From Octopus bimaculoides (taxonomy: Eukaryota), in NCBI RefSeq assembly GCF_001194135.2, contig NC_069002.1, forward strand, positions 3,665,984 to 3,719,408: a DNA stretch of 53,425 nucleotides. The letters are read 5' to 3'. Below the pieces are notes generated by a model. It was not told the origin of the DNA, did not search any database, and saw only the letters and a program-made list of their open reading frames with translations. Position numbers and translations under genes: made by a program. Shown here in pieces: positions 38,901-45,564 of this stretch (positions are counted from its first letter, which is position 1; each line of letters begins with the position of its first letter).

Positions 38901-40497
38901 TAAATANNNNNNNNNNNNNNNNNNNNNNNNNNNNNNNNNNNNNNNNNNNNNNNNNNNNNNNNNNNNNNNNNNNNNNNNNNNNNNNNNNNNNNNNNNNNNN
39001 NNNNNNNNNNNNNNNNNNNNNNNNNNNNNNNNNNNNNNNNNNNNNNNNNNNNNNNNNNNNNNNNNNNNNNNNNNNNNNNNNNNNNNNNNNNNNNNNNNNN
39101 NNNNNNNNNNNNNNNNNNNNNNNNNNNNNNNNNNNNNNNNNNNNNNNNNNNNNNNNNNNNNNNNNNNNNNNNNNNNNNNNNNNNNNNNNNNCCTTGGCCC
39201 CTCTGGCCAAAAGTCTTCAGAGTTGATTACGGCCATGCTGAGGTTGCTCACAGATTTGGCCATGATCCCAGGATATTCAATATTCTGAGTAAGGTAAGTA
39301 AAATATTCCACTGAATGCTGCGATCTATTATTGTAGTTCGCCTTATCTTCAGCATTGCATGTGTGTGTTCATGTAGTAACGTGAGTGTGTGTCTGTGTAA
39401 TACACACTGCTACTGTCTGTGATCATAGCAGCCTTTATTAACTTCTGGACTGTGTGTGTATGTATTGTGTATATATAGAGTAACATGTGCAAATATAGTG
39501 GTGTGTGTAGAGAGAGAGAAAAAAAAGGAGGCAGTCAGAATTTTGGATAATTCTTTATTAGTGCTTTCATTCATTTTTGAACTCATCAACATCTGCTTAG
39601 AAGGAAGGAAGAAGGGGAGGAGAAAAATTTGTTGTTGAGAGAGAGAAATACAGTGAATGAGAGAGTGTGTGTCTAAAAGATAGATAGATAGATAGATAGT
39701 GTTGTCAACATAGTAACTAACAAGTTTTGATTAAAAATGCAGGAATTTTAAGTGCAAGTCTGTCAACACTATACAGACTTCAGAAAGAGACTATATGTAA
39801 ATATATATATATATAATACAAAGTTTCTTTTTTAGATTGTTTGTTTATGTGTGTGTCTGAGCGTGCATGTCTTTCAGCTTATAAGCACTGCAACACAGAC
39901 TCTAAAAAAGACTTTCACATGAAATAATTTAATAGTAACAAGTAACAACCAAGTCCTTCTTGTGACCTTTATCACATCCAAGGTCAAGTAAGGACTATTA
40001 ATAAAAGAATATTTAACAAAAACAAGACAACAAAATAACAAAGAAGAGGATTTTGATATAAAAATTTTATTTATTTAAATTTCCCTTTTTTCTAGGGATT
40101 TCTGGATGATGGCAATGGAAATGTGCGTGGTGTTCGAACTGTCCATGTTGAGTGGAAGAAAGATGAAAATGGACGGTACCAGATGACTGAATTACCAGGT
40201 AACCATGATGAATTACACTGTACACCTAGGGTTTACTGTCTGATGGGTAGGAAAACTAGTGATGTCTTTACTACTATTATTTGATATTTATCCATACCTA
40301 TTGACAATCTGTGATATTGATTTTTCCAGAAACTGAGAAGATATATGAATGTGACCTAGTGATTATTGCCATGGGTTTTCTGGGACCAGAAAAAGACATT
40401 CTCAATGAACTGGAAATAAAACTTGATCCCAGAGGCAACTGTGAAACTCCCAAAAATAAATACTCCACAAATATCCCTGGTGTTTATGCAGCTGGAG
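1126..40497 (+). CDS. GLT1: NADH-dependent glutamate synthase (GOGAT), fused alpha/beta polypeptide; 42 coding exons traced, 3' end missing
   Basis: Spliced translation has DS-CGVG (Ntn catalytic Cys), [98 protein letters not shown], the 3Fe-4S motif [17 protein letters not shown] repeats, 4Fe-4S motifs CMDCGVPFC and [15 protein letters not shown] (FAD) and GGGDTG (NADH). All visible junctions are GT-AG and in phase. Confidence 0.97.
1335..1946 (-). mobile_element. 3' fragment of an RLE-type non-LTR retrotransposon (R4/Dong/NeSL-like), frameshifted
   Basis: Minus strand: [39 protein letters not shown] then [31 protein letters not shown], short 3' UTR, ending in a (TAA)n run at 1335-1355. Confidence 0.8.
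2331..2461 (+). CDS. GLT1: GLT1 exon 2
   Basis: [43 protein letters not shown]; TACAG/GTAAGT. Confidence 0.95.
3243..3369 (+). CDS. GLT1: GLT1 exon 3
   Basis: [22 protein letters not shown]...FNLQ; TTCAG/GTAAAG, phase matches. Confidence 0.92.
4376..4978 (-). mobile_element. RTE-clade LINE 3' end with (GAT)n tail
   Basis: Minus strand [41 protein letters not shown], a typical RTE C-terminus, followed by the 3' UTR shared with many short copies in this window. Confidence 0.8.
5644..5995. repeat. Foldback / long inverted repeat in intron 3
   Basis: Arms 5644-5808 and 5819-5995, 10-nt loop, about 7 substitutions plus a poly-T/A length difference; a partial single arm at about 39527-39592. Confidence 0.9.
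6221..6545 (-). mobile_element. tRNA-derived SINE family C, near full length
   Basis: Minus strand A box TGGCTTAGTGG, B box GAGTTCGATTCCC, TCCTTGAGCAAGACAC..GCTCCAGTCCACTCA; homologous to 34123-34440. Confidence 0.78.
6667..6747 (+). CDS. GLT1: GLT1 exon 4
   Basis: [27 protein letters not shown]; ATCAG/GTGAGA. Confidence 0.92.
7971..8027 (+). CDS. GLT1: GLT1 exon 5
   Basis: [19 protein letters not shown]; TTCAG/GTAAGT. Confidence 0.88.
8217..8318 (+). CDS. GLT1: GLT1 exon 6
   Basis: [11 protein letters not shown]...[15 protein letters not shown]; TATAG/GTGATA. Confidence 0.93.
8345..8695 (+). repeat. Degenerate minisatellite (CACATCTGTTGT core)
   Basis: Core recurs about every 25-30 bp across intron 6; comparable degenerate arrays near 2480-2960, 8940-9440, 14930-15140, 35145-35330 and 36790-37110. 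Confidence 0.6.
8783..8919 (+). CDS. GLT1: GLT1 exon 7
   Basis: [15 protein letters not shown]...[19 protein letters not shown]; ATAG/GTTCAA. Confidence 0.94.
9459..9663 (+). CDS. GLT1: GLT1 exon 8
   Basis: [22 protein letters not shown]...SDSG...SLPE; TATAG/GTAAAA. Confidence 0.95.
11995..12215 (-). mobile_element. SINE-like family E
   Basis: TTACTTGTTTCAGTCATTTGACTG..CTGAACC.CTAAGTTAC.GGGA..TAAACACACCAACACC.GTTGTCAA recurs near 13985-14180, 32375-32565 and 33225-33375; orientation inferred. Confidence 0.65.
12329..12490 (+). mobile_element. tRNA-derived SINE family A
   Basis: A box TGGCTGTGTGG, B box GGTTCAGTCCC, body GGCACCTTGGG..GGAAACTGAAAGAAGCCCG then (TG)n. Minus-strand copies near 2095-2208, 6077-6213, 23055-23152 and 32610-32752. 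Confidence 0.75.
12948..13059 (+). CDS. GLT1: GLT1 exon 9
   Basis: [13 protein letters not shown]...MEPWDGP; TTCAG/GTAAAT. Confidence 0.95.
13726..13880 (+). CDS. GLT1: GLT1 exon 10
   Basis: [27 protein letters not shown]...ASEVGVVD; TGTAG/GTAACT. Confidence 0.95.
14374..14499 (+). CDS. GLT1: GLT1 exon 11
   Basis: [16 protein letters not shown]...EWLDTE; TCCAG/GTAAGA. Confidence 0.93.
14530..14614. mobile_element. Short pogo/Tigger-like MITE remnant
   Basis: CAGTAACCCCTCACCAT ... ATGGTTGAGGGATTACTG imperfect TIRs, TA on the left only; inner ATCGCAGG/CCTGCGAT. Confidence 0.5.
15302..15486 (+). CDS. GLT1: GLT1 exon 12
   Basis: CINMAELRK...[21 protein letters not shown]; TCCAG/GTAAGT. Confidence 0.9.
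15964..16410 (+). CDS. GLT1: GLT1 exon 13
   Basis: [10 protein letters not shown]...[19 protein letters not shown]...[14 protein letters not shown]; TTCAG/GTAAGG. Confidence 0.96.
16680..16772 (+). CDS. GLT1: GLT1 exon 14
   Basis: [30 protein letters not shown]; TTCAG/GTATTG. Confidence 0.94.
16870..17120 (-). mobile_element. Second RTE-clade 3' fragment
   Basis: Homologous to 4750-4905 (CCTGGGTCTACCTCT.CCAC..GTTCCCTCCACA.TTAGAGA). Confidence 0.65.
17166..17379 (+). CDS. GLT1: GLT1 exon 15
   Basis: [20 protein letters not shown]...[15 protein letters not shown]; TGTAG/GTAAAT. Confidence 0.95.
17720..17830 (+). CDS. GLT1: GLT1 exon 16
   Basis: [37 protein letters not shown]; ATAG/GTTTGT. 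Confidence 0.94.
18316..18450 (+). CDS. GLT1: GLT1 exon 17
   Basis: TLSRYQNAF...[24 protein letters not shown]; TGTAG/GTAACT. Confidence 0.94.
18927..19101 (+). CDS. GLT1: GLT1 exon 18
   Basis: [14 protein letters not shown]...CTLRGQM...[13 protein letters not shown]; CTTAG/GTAAAG. Confidence 0.94.
19566..19729. mobile_element. Tc1/mariner-type MITE, 164 bp
   Basis: 25-bp TIRs CAGTTGTGGCCAAAAGTTTGGAACA / TGTTCCAAACTTTTGGCCATGACTG (2 mismatches); TA on both sides (19564-65, 19730-31). Confidence 0.85.
19754..19914 (+). CDS. GLT1: GLT1 exon 19
   Basis: [33 protein letters not shown]...SAIKQ; TTTAG/GTGATT. Confidence 0.96.
20811..20927 (+). CDS. GLT1: GLT1 exon 20
   Basis: [39 protein letters not shown]; TCCAG/GTATAT. 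Confidence 0.96.
21450..21551 (+). CDS. GLT1: GLT1 exon 21
   Basis: [34 protein letters not shown]; TCTAG/GTAAGC. Confidence 0.96.
21606..21913 (+). mobile_element. Young RTE-tail short element (non-autonomous), (GAT)n tail
   Basis: Ends CCATGCTAGCATGGAAAGCGGACGTTAAAC(GAT)n; 4 mismatches in about 224 bp versus the copy at 45341. Older copies near 14690-14860, 20100-20240, 30280-30430, 32790-32950 and 35745-35895. Confidence 0.8.
22027..22054 (+). CDS. GLT1: GLT1 exon 22, 3' part only (5' part in gap 21914-22026)
   Basis: GVIASGVTK then donor GTAAGA directly after the gap; matches the expected G-x-x-A-x-G-V-A-K segment. Confidence 0.85.
22535..22715 (+). CDS. GLT1: GLT1 exon 23
   Basis: [33 protein letters not shown]...LQADGQIRT; GAAG/GTTTGT. 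Confidence 0.95.
23691..23824 (+). CDS. GLT1: GLT1 exon 24 (3Fe-4S ligands)
   Basis: [44 protein letters not shown]; TGTAG/GTAAAT. Confidence 0.96.
24218..24292 (+). CDS. GLT1: GLT1 exon 25
   Basis: [25 protein letters not shown]; TCCAG/GTTTGT. Confidence 0.94.
24700..25060 (-). mobile_element. Heavily degraded LINE AP-endonuclease fragment
   Basis: Across frameshifts on the minus strand: CQQEKTW, LWFRL, VCGVYAA resemble the APE motifs QETW, W-x-K/R-L and GVYAP. Confidence 0.35.
25465..25674 (+). CDS. GLT1: GLT1 exon 26
   Basis: [21 protein letters not shown]...QNFDLDKRL; TACAG/GTGAGT. Confidence 0.94.
25826..26081. mobile_element. hAT-like MITE (degenerate)
   Basis: Left end CGGTGGTTCTCAACC, right end AAAAATCACTG; isolated hAT-like ends also near 26312-26328 (GGTTGAGAAACACTG) and 5017-5032. 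No clean 8-bp TSD. Confidence 0.5.
26434..26558 (+). CDS. GLT1: GLT1 exon 27
   Basis: [12 protein letters not shown]...[17 protein letters not shown]; GAAG/GTAAGA. Confidence 0.93.
27144..27340 (+). repeat. Degenerate (GAT)n tract
   Basis: Directly visible; similar tract at about 12710-12912. Many (CA)n, (TA)n, (GA)n, (ATT)n and (TACA)n microsatellites occur throughout the window. Confidence 0.85.
27350..27488 (+). CDS. GLT1: GLT1 exon 28
   Basis: KYVEIGLPE...[29 protein letters not shown]; TACAG/GTGAGT. Confidence 0.93.
27990..28186 (+). repeat. 23-bp minisatellite (CTATACATGTACCCCTATTTACA)n
   Basis: About 8 imperfect units ending at the exon 29 acceptor. Confidence 0.85.
28187..28372 (+). 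CDS. GLT1: GLT1 exon 29
   Basis: [12 protein letters not shown]...[39 protein letters not shown]; TACAG/GTAAGT. Confidence 0.94.
28787..29050 (+). repeat. 21-bp minisatellite (GACAGACAGACAAGCATGGGT)n
   Basis: About 12 units, CATAGTT variant interspersed, 10-N gap inside; explains the MGDRQTS and MLVCLSP ORFs. Confidence 0.9.
29285..29400 (+). CDS. GLT1: GLT1 exon 30
   Basis: [38 protein letters not shown]; TTCAG/GTAAGT. Confidence 0.96.
30462..30694 (+). mobile_element. SINE family D with a 17-bp target-site duplication
   Basis: AGAAACTTTAGCGATGA at 30445-30461 and again at 30695-30711; body GAGTTCAAATTCCGCCGAGGTCGACTTTGCCTTTCATCC. Related copies near 33668-33872, 36058-36245, 41410-41542, 43625-43845 and 43882-44095. 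Confidence 0.8.
30855..31350 (+). CDS. GLT1: GLT1 exon 31 (end of alpha domain plus long linker)
   Basis: [13 protein letters not shown]...[14 protein letters not shown] then a 93-aa A/S/T/E-rich stretch; the donor AAA/GTAAGT at 31351 is the one in phase with exon 32. Confidence 0.85.
31856..31950 (+). CDS. GLT1: GLT1 exon 32
   Basis: [31 protein letters not shown]; TTCAG/GTGAGG. Confidence 0.9.
32109..32231 (+). CDS. GLT1: GLT1 exon 33 (start of beta domain)
   Basis: GFVKYKR...[23 protein letters not shown]; TGCAG/GTAAAA. Confidence 0.94.
33001..33091 (+). CDS. GLT1: GLT1 exon 34 (4Fe-4S ligands)
   Basis: [30 protein letters not shown]; AACAG/GTATGT. Confidence 0.96.
33379..33665 (+). mobile_element. 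RLE-type LINE internal fragment (end of zinc knuckle plus PD..D nuclease)
   Basis: [27 protein letters not shown], frameshift, [17 protein letters not shown]. Confidence 0.75.
33978..34064 (+). CDS. GLT1: GLT1 exon 35
   Basis: [29 protein letters not shown]; TTTAG/GTAAGA. Confidence 0.96.
34123..34440 (+). mobile_element. tRNA-derived SINE family C
   Basis: TGGCTTAGTGG / GAGTTCAATGCCC boxes, same body as 6221-6545; partial copies near 49370-49600, 49715-49915 and 52430-52565. Confidence 0.75.
34938..35123 (+). CDS. GLT1: GLT1 exon 36
   Basis: GSCVLGIN...[15 protein letters not shown]...[24 protein letters not shown]; TTCAG/GTGACT. Confidence 0.96.
35461..35550 (+). CDS. GLT1: GLT1 exon 37
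   Basis: [30 protein letters not shown]; TCTAG/GTAAGT. Confidence 0.96.
36513..36672 (+). CDS. GLT1: GLT1 exon 38
   Basis: [19 protein letters not shown]...[11 protein letters not shown]; TGTAG/GTAGAC. Confidence 0.94.
37144..37313 (+). CDS. GLT1: GLT1 exon 39
   Basis: [13 protein letters not shown]...[22 protein letters not shown]; TGCAG/GTATTT. Confidence 0.95.
37879..37923 (+). ncRNA. Type I hammerhead ribozyme motif, copy 1 (3' half only; CUGANGA half in gap)
   Basis: GAG-CAAAGA-CTC-A-GAAA-CATG-TC/CCTGAATGC intact; C17 = 37902. Confidence 0.55.
38200..38273 (+). ncRNA. Type I hammerhead ribozyme motif, copy 2 (degenerate: G12A and a helix II mismatch)
   Basis: Helix I 5' strand, CTGATGA (38222-28), C-GAA-CAAAGA-CTC-A, AAAA in place of GAAA, C-AT-G-TC (C17 = 38252), helix I 3' strand. 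Confidence 0.6.
38549..38622 (+). ncRNA. Type I hammerhead ribozyme motif, copy 3 (degenerate: A6G)
   Basis: CCAGCTGGTAAGCTACTTCACG-CTGGTGA-C-GAG-CAAAGA-CTC-A-GAAA-CATG-TC/CCTGAATGCTGGTTAGGCTGG; about 18-bp interrupted helix I; C17 = 38601. Confidence 0.62.
39192..39293 (+). CDS. GLT1: GLT1 exon 40, 3' part only (5' part in gap 38907-39191)
   Basis: [34 protein letters not shown]; donor GTAAGT. Confidence 0.92.
40096..40198 (+). CDS. GLT1: GLT1 exon 41
   Basis: [34 protein letters not shown]; TCTAG/GTAACC. Confidence 0.93.
40330..40497 (+). CDS. GLT1: GLT1 exon 42 (last visible)
   Basis: [20 protein letters not shown]...LDPRGN...PGVYAAG; TCCAG/GTAAGT. The expected DCRRGQSLVVWAI exon is not visible downstream. 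Confidence 0.94.
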
Positions 40498-40678
40498 GTA
40501 AGTAAATACACTTTTTTTTTTGTTTTCCTTTCTGTTAAATTTGGATTTATTTTCATTTCTGACCTGCGTAGTTGAACTTACTTACTGGACCAAATGTTTT
40601 ATTATATTTTATTGTGAAGGTCACAGGCACAGCCTTCCTACTGACAAATTCATTTAAAAAAAAGGACCCCCTTAATTT

Positions 40679-41383
40679 NNNNNNNNNNNNNNNNNNNNNN
40701 NNNNNNNNNNNNNNNNNNNNNNNNNNNNNNNNNNNNNNNNNNNNNNNNNNNNNNNNNNNNNNNNNNNNNNNNNNNNNNNNNNNNNNNNNNNNNNNNNNNN
40801 NNNNNNNNNNNNNNNNNNNNNNNNNNNNNNNNNNNNNNNNNNNNNNNNNNNNNNNNNNNNNNNNNNNNNNNNNNNNNNNNNNNNNNNNNNNNNNNNNNNN
40901 NNNNNNNNNNNNNNNNNNNNNNNNNNNNNNNNNNNNNNNNNNNNNNNNNNNNNNNNNNNNNNNNNNNNNNNNNNNNNNNNNNNNNNNNNNNNNNNNNNNN
41001 NNNNNNNNNNNNNNNNNNNNNNNNNNNNNNNNNNNNNNNNNNNNNNNNNNNNNNNNNNNNNNNNNNNNNNNNNNNNNNNNNNNNNNNNNNNNNNNNNNNN
41101 NNNNNNNNNNNNNNNNNNNNNNNNNNNNNNNNNNNNNNNNNNNNNNNNNNNNNNNNNNNNNNNNNNNNNNNNNNNNNNNNNNNNNNNNNNNNNNNNNNNN
41201 NNNNNNNNNNNNNNNNNNNNNNNNNNNNNNNNNNNNNNNNNNNNNNNNNNNNNNNNNNNNNNNNNNNNNNNNNNNNNNNNNNNNNNNNNNNNNNNNNNNN
41301 NNNNNNNNNNNNNNNNNNNNNNNNNNNNNNNNNNNNNNNNNNNNNNNNNNNNNNNNNNNNNNNNNNNNNNNNNNNNNNNNNNN
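40679..41383. other. Assembly gap, likely location of the GLT1 terminal coding exon
   Basis: 705 N, 181 bp after the exon 42 donor. Other gaps: 7399-7601, 18677-18694, 21914-22026, 24070-24079, 28923-28932, 30134-30143, 37779-37878, 38907-39191, 45565-46233. Confidence 0.6.
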
Positions 41384-42254
41384 CAGACATTAGATAATCT
41401 AATTACAGAAGGCAGAATTGTTACCATGCCACGCAAAATGCTTAACAGGTCGATAAAATAAAGTACCTGTGGAACACTGGGGTCAATGAGATCAGCTAGT
41501 GCCTCCCCCATAATTGCTGGCCTTGTGCTAAAATTTGAAACTAATAATTAATTAAATAAATGAAATAAAGTTATTTGTACAAATCTATTAATACTGAACT
41601 GTGCAAGGTACCAGTATAAACTAATCTGGTAGCTGGAGGAATTTGAAGTTCCCTCTTGTAAATTAGTGCAGATTTTAAGAGGTTCTGGACCATTCATATC
41701 CAAAAAGCTGGTGTTGTACCTGTACACAGAGTGGTGAGGTAAACTGGAAAATTAATTTGCAAAGCATTATTTCATTTGTTTATGATTCATTATATGATTG
41801 ACTGTGTTTTAAATCTCTGGCGTGGAAGATAGGATATAGATGGCAGTGAGTTTCCATTCACACACACACACACGTGTGTGTGTGTGTGCGTGTGTGCGCG
41901 TGCGTGTGTGTGCGTGTGTGTGTGTGAGAGAGAGAGAGAGAGGTGTGTAAGATATACATGGCTAGAGAGACAGGGTGTATTGAACAATAGAATTAAGTAA
42001 ACATCAACAATACTTTTAGAGACTAAACAATCTATGTGTTTAAGTACTGCTCTGTTGTTTGTTTATTTACATACACACACACACATGTATGTATATGTAA
42101 TAAAGCCATCATAAACCAAGACCTATAAGAGCTACAACTATAAACCAAGAACTATAAGAGCCAGAACTTAAATAAAAATACAACTTAGAGCCATAAGAGA
42201 CTAAGAGTTATTTATATTAATATACTTAACTAGTTTCACATTTGTATACATATA

Positions 42255-42450
42255 TAATACAAATAATATGTGAGTATATATGTACGTGTGTGTACATATC
42301 TACATGTATATATAGATGCATATCTGGGTACAGGACGTCACAAAAAAACGTGGACAAAATGAAAAACAGAACATAAACAGAGCACAGAAAACAGACAGGC
42401 CACATAGAGAATATTTCCTTCATCAGCTGCCCCTATTCTAAACTAAGGAT
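42255..42450. repeat. Dispersed repeat, second copy at about 46395-46590
   Basis: Shared ATAGATGCATATCTGGGTACAGGAC..CAGGCCACATAGAG..TCCTTCATCAGCT; TA-rich flanks. Confidence 0.7.
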
Positions 42451-45340
42451 TTCAAATGAAACATATTGACCAAGACAATAACTAGACTGATTCTCTGAAA
42501 TTTGTCTTTATCCTAAGTACATAGGGCAATGCATGTCATCTCTCCCTCTCTCTCTCCTCATTATTAGGTATGATGTGTGTGTGTGTGCCATTGGTGAGCA
42601 TCAACCAAGACAGTTTTTGGGAGTTACTCAGTATAATCTACTGATTATGTAACATCCCTGCACTAAGTATTGGGCAGATGAGCTTGTGATCCTATATCGA
42701 AAGTGGACCAATGTGTCTATACTAAATATCGACCTAGACGTGTGTCACTGTACTTGAGGCAAGCACTGATCTGTGACCAGCTTTTCTCTCGTCGTATAGT
42801 CTTTCTTAAGATTGTTCTTAAAATATTAGCTTGCTCAGGGTACACCTCTTCCGTCCTAGCTCAGGGAAGGGTTGGTGAAATCCTGTGCCTCTGTCCAGTA
42901 AATGTCGGTCTTTCACAGTGATGAATCATAATGCTAAACTTTTGAGATTAGAATACGGGTAGAAATTTATGTTTGATCTTGCTTTCTTATTGTGTTAGTG
43001 AGAAAATAAACTGCAGCCCCATGTGTGTGTATATGGGTGTGCATGTCTCCTTGCGTATGTCCCTGTATTTATGCATCCCTGTCCATCAAGCTGACATACT
43101 TTCCCTTTTATTACTTCAGACTAAAGAAAAAGGAAATTATTTTTCAAAGAATTTTTAACCATTTTTTTTTGTTTTTGTTTTTATTTGTTTTTATTTTTAT
43201 CTTTTTAAATGAAATTTTTAAAGCTTTCCTTTTGTAACTTTTTACCAGCAACCTTGCTGATTTTTTTTGTCATTTTTCTTTTTTTTTGTTATTTTGCTCA
43301 ACTGACTTACCAACGAAATTATTTTTTTTTCTTTTGTAAAGTTTTATTTACTTAAATGTTTACTCCGTACTCTTTATACTATGTACTCTTTATATTACGT
43401 ACTCCTGGAGTAAAGCTTTGTTGATTTTTGTTGTTGCTTACATCCTGTGTTGTTACTGTTAATTCAAATCCCAAGAGGGTGATTTTTATCACCCTGGGAC
43501 AAAGAACAAGTCCAATACTGGACATTGATTGAGCATATCTTTTCTTGTAAATTTCTGGCCTTGCACTAGTAAAAGATCATTATTATTTTTATTATTATTA
43601 TTATTATGGTTATTATAATCCTTATTGTTAATGTTATTAAAAAAAGGCAGTAGATTGCCAGAATTGCTAAAGTGTTGGGCAAAATGCTTTGGAGTATGTG
43701 TTCTTGTTCTTTACAATACAAGTCCATATCTCAAGCATGGTTGACTTTGCCTTTCATCCTTTCAAGTGATGATAAAGTGCCAGTCTGGAACTGGGTTGGG
43801 TTTAATCAGCTAAGCCCATCCCAAATTTCAGTCCTTGCCTATGTTAAAAAAAAAAAATTATTATTGTTATTATTATTATTAAGGTGGTGAGCTGGCAGAC
43901 TCGTTAGCACACCAGGCAAAATGCTGAGTGGCATTTCGTCCATCTTTACGTTCTGAGTTCTAATTCTGCCAAGGTTGACTCTGCCTTTCACCCTTTCAGG
44001 GCTGATAAAATAAGTACCAGTTGAGTACTGGGGTAGATATAATCGACTTACCCCCTCCCACCAAATTTCAGGCCTTGTGCCAAAATTTGAAACCATTATT
44101 ATTATTATTATTATGGCAATTGGTCTACAGCAAGTTCTTAACATCAAAGAGGCAAGTTGGTTTCAATTCTCAATAGTAACCATTTTGACTTAACGCTAAT
44201 CACTTCTTTAGAATGACAATGTCATCTCTCCTTGCTTTTCCCTTCTCTTCCCTCTCCCCATAAGCTCTGGATTACTTTGTGCCTATGTAAAGAAAATCAT
44301 TTGTGATTATCATATTTTGTATATGGAATACCAACTGTCTTGATAAATATACATTCATACCTACATATATAAAATTTGCTCTGTCAAATGCAAGGTAATA
44401 AAAATGGTTGTGAAAAATGAACAACAATAACAACAGGAACCAACAACGGAAGTATTTCTATCAATAATGTATTATATATGAGTTAAGGACCAGATGTGAG
44501 TGTAATGGCAGCTTAATAAACACCAAATAAAACATTCAACAGATTATAAATATTTGACTTGAGTATATACGCGTGTGTATACATTTGTGTGTGTGTGTGT
44601 GTGTGTGTGTGTTATAACTAATGTGGCTTTGCATTTTTTGTCCCCTGCCAAACATAACATGAAGATGCTCAATATACACTCATTGAAAGTTTGGTAGAGC
44701 ATCTTATATATATCGTGACTAATTAGGTCCCTACCTTGATTTTTGCGTTTGTCTTTGTTGTGAAAACAAAGACAAAAGTCTATGAAAGGCCACTAGATCC
44801 AAATTCCTGGATACTAGTGTAAACCATGGTCCAGAATTATGGGATATATATAATATCACGCATACTCACTAATTTATTTCTTTAGGACAAGTATAACTCA
44901 AATTAATGATATCAGTACTGTAATAGCAGGGTAAATAAAAGTTTCCTTTTTTTCCCCTTCTTTTTAGATCTAAATCAAATGCTACAATTCTAGTTTACTT
45001 TGGGCAAAACCAGAGCTCATTGTGGAATTCTCTAGACAGATACTGTGCAGAAGCACACACATATACATACATACATGCATAAACACACACACACACATTA
45101 GTAATGAACTGAAACAATACTCAACACTGAATCGGTGGATAAATAATTCCATTTAAGATAATTGCGTTACTTTTCCAACACCATTGGTTTCTTGTGTGCA
45201 TCTTTCAATGAGATAACTAGAAAGGTATGAACCATTCTTCAAATTCTGGTTGCATAACTGGAAATTTTCACAAGAAACCAACAGTACAGGGAAAAATAAC
45301 ACAAATGTATTAAGAATTTTATTTATTTATTTATATATAT

Positions 45341-45564
45341 ATCATCATCATCGTTTAACGTCCGCTTTCCATGCTAGCATGGGTTGGACGATTTGACTGA
45401 GGACTGGTGAAACCGGATGGCAACACCAGGCTCCAGTCTGATTTGGCAGAGTTTCTACAGCTGGATGCCCTTCCTAACGCCAACCACTCAGAGAGTGTAG
45501 TGGGTGCTTTTACGTGTCACCCGCACGAAAACGGCCACGCTCGAAATGGTGTCTTTTATGTGCC
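45341..45564 (-). mobile_element. Young RTE-tail short element, inverted copy, runs into a gap
   Basis: Reverse complement of about 21678-21905. Confidence 0.8.

Noticed and set aside
1126-40497. Bacterial contamination or recent horizontal transfer of gltB/gltD
   Set aside because: More than 40 spliceosomal introns full of host repeats, and the fused eukaryotic architecture.
41384-41440. QTLDNLITEGR just after the gap resembling QSLVVWAITEGR of the last exon
   Set aside because: Spacing is off by one residue, the flanking residues do not match, and the sequence is the head of a family D SINE (GGCAGAAT.GTTA).
43300-43315. Strong minus-strand donor G/GTAAGT suggesting an antisense transcript
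   Set aside because: An isolated 7-mer with no matching acceptor or ORF; expected by chance.
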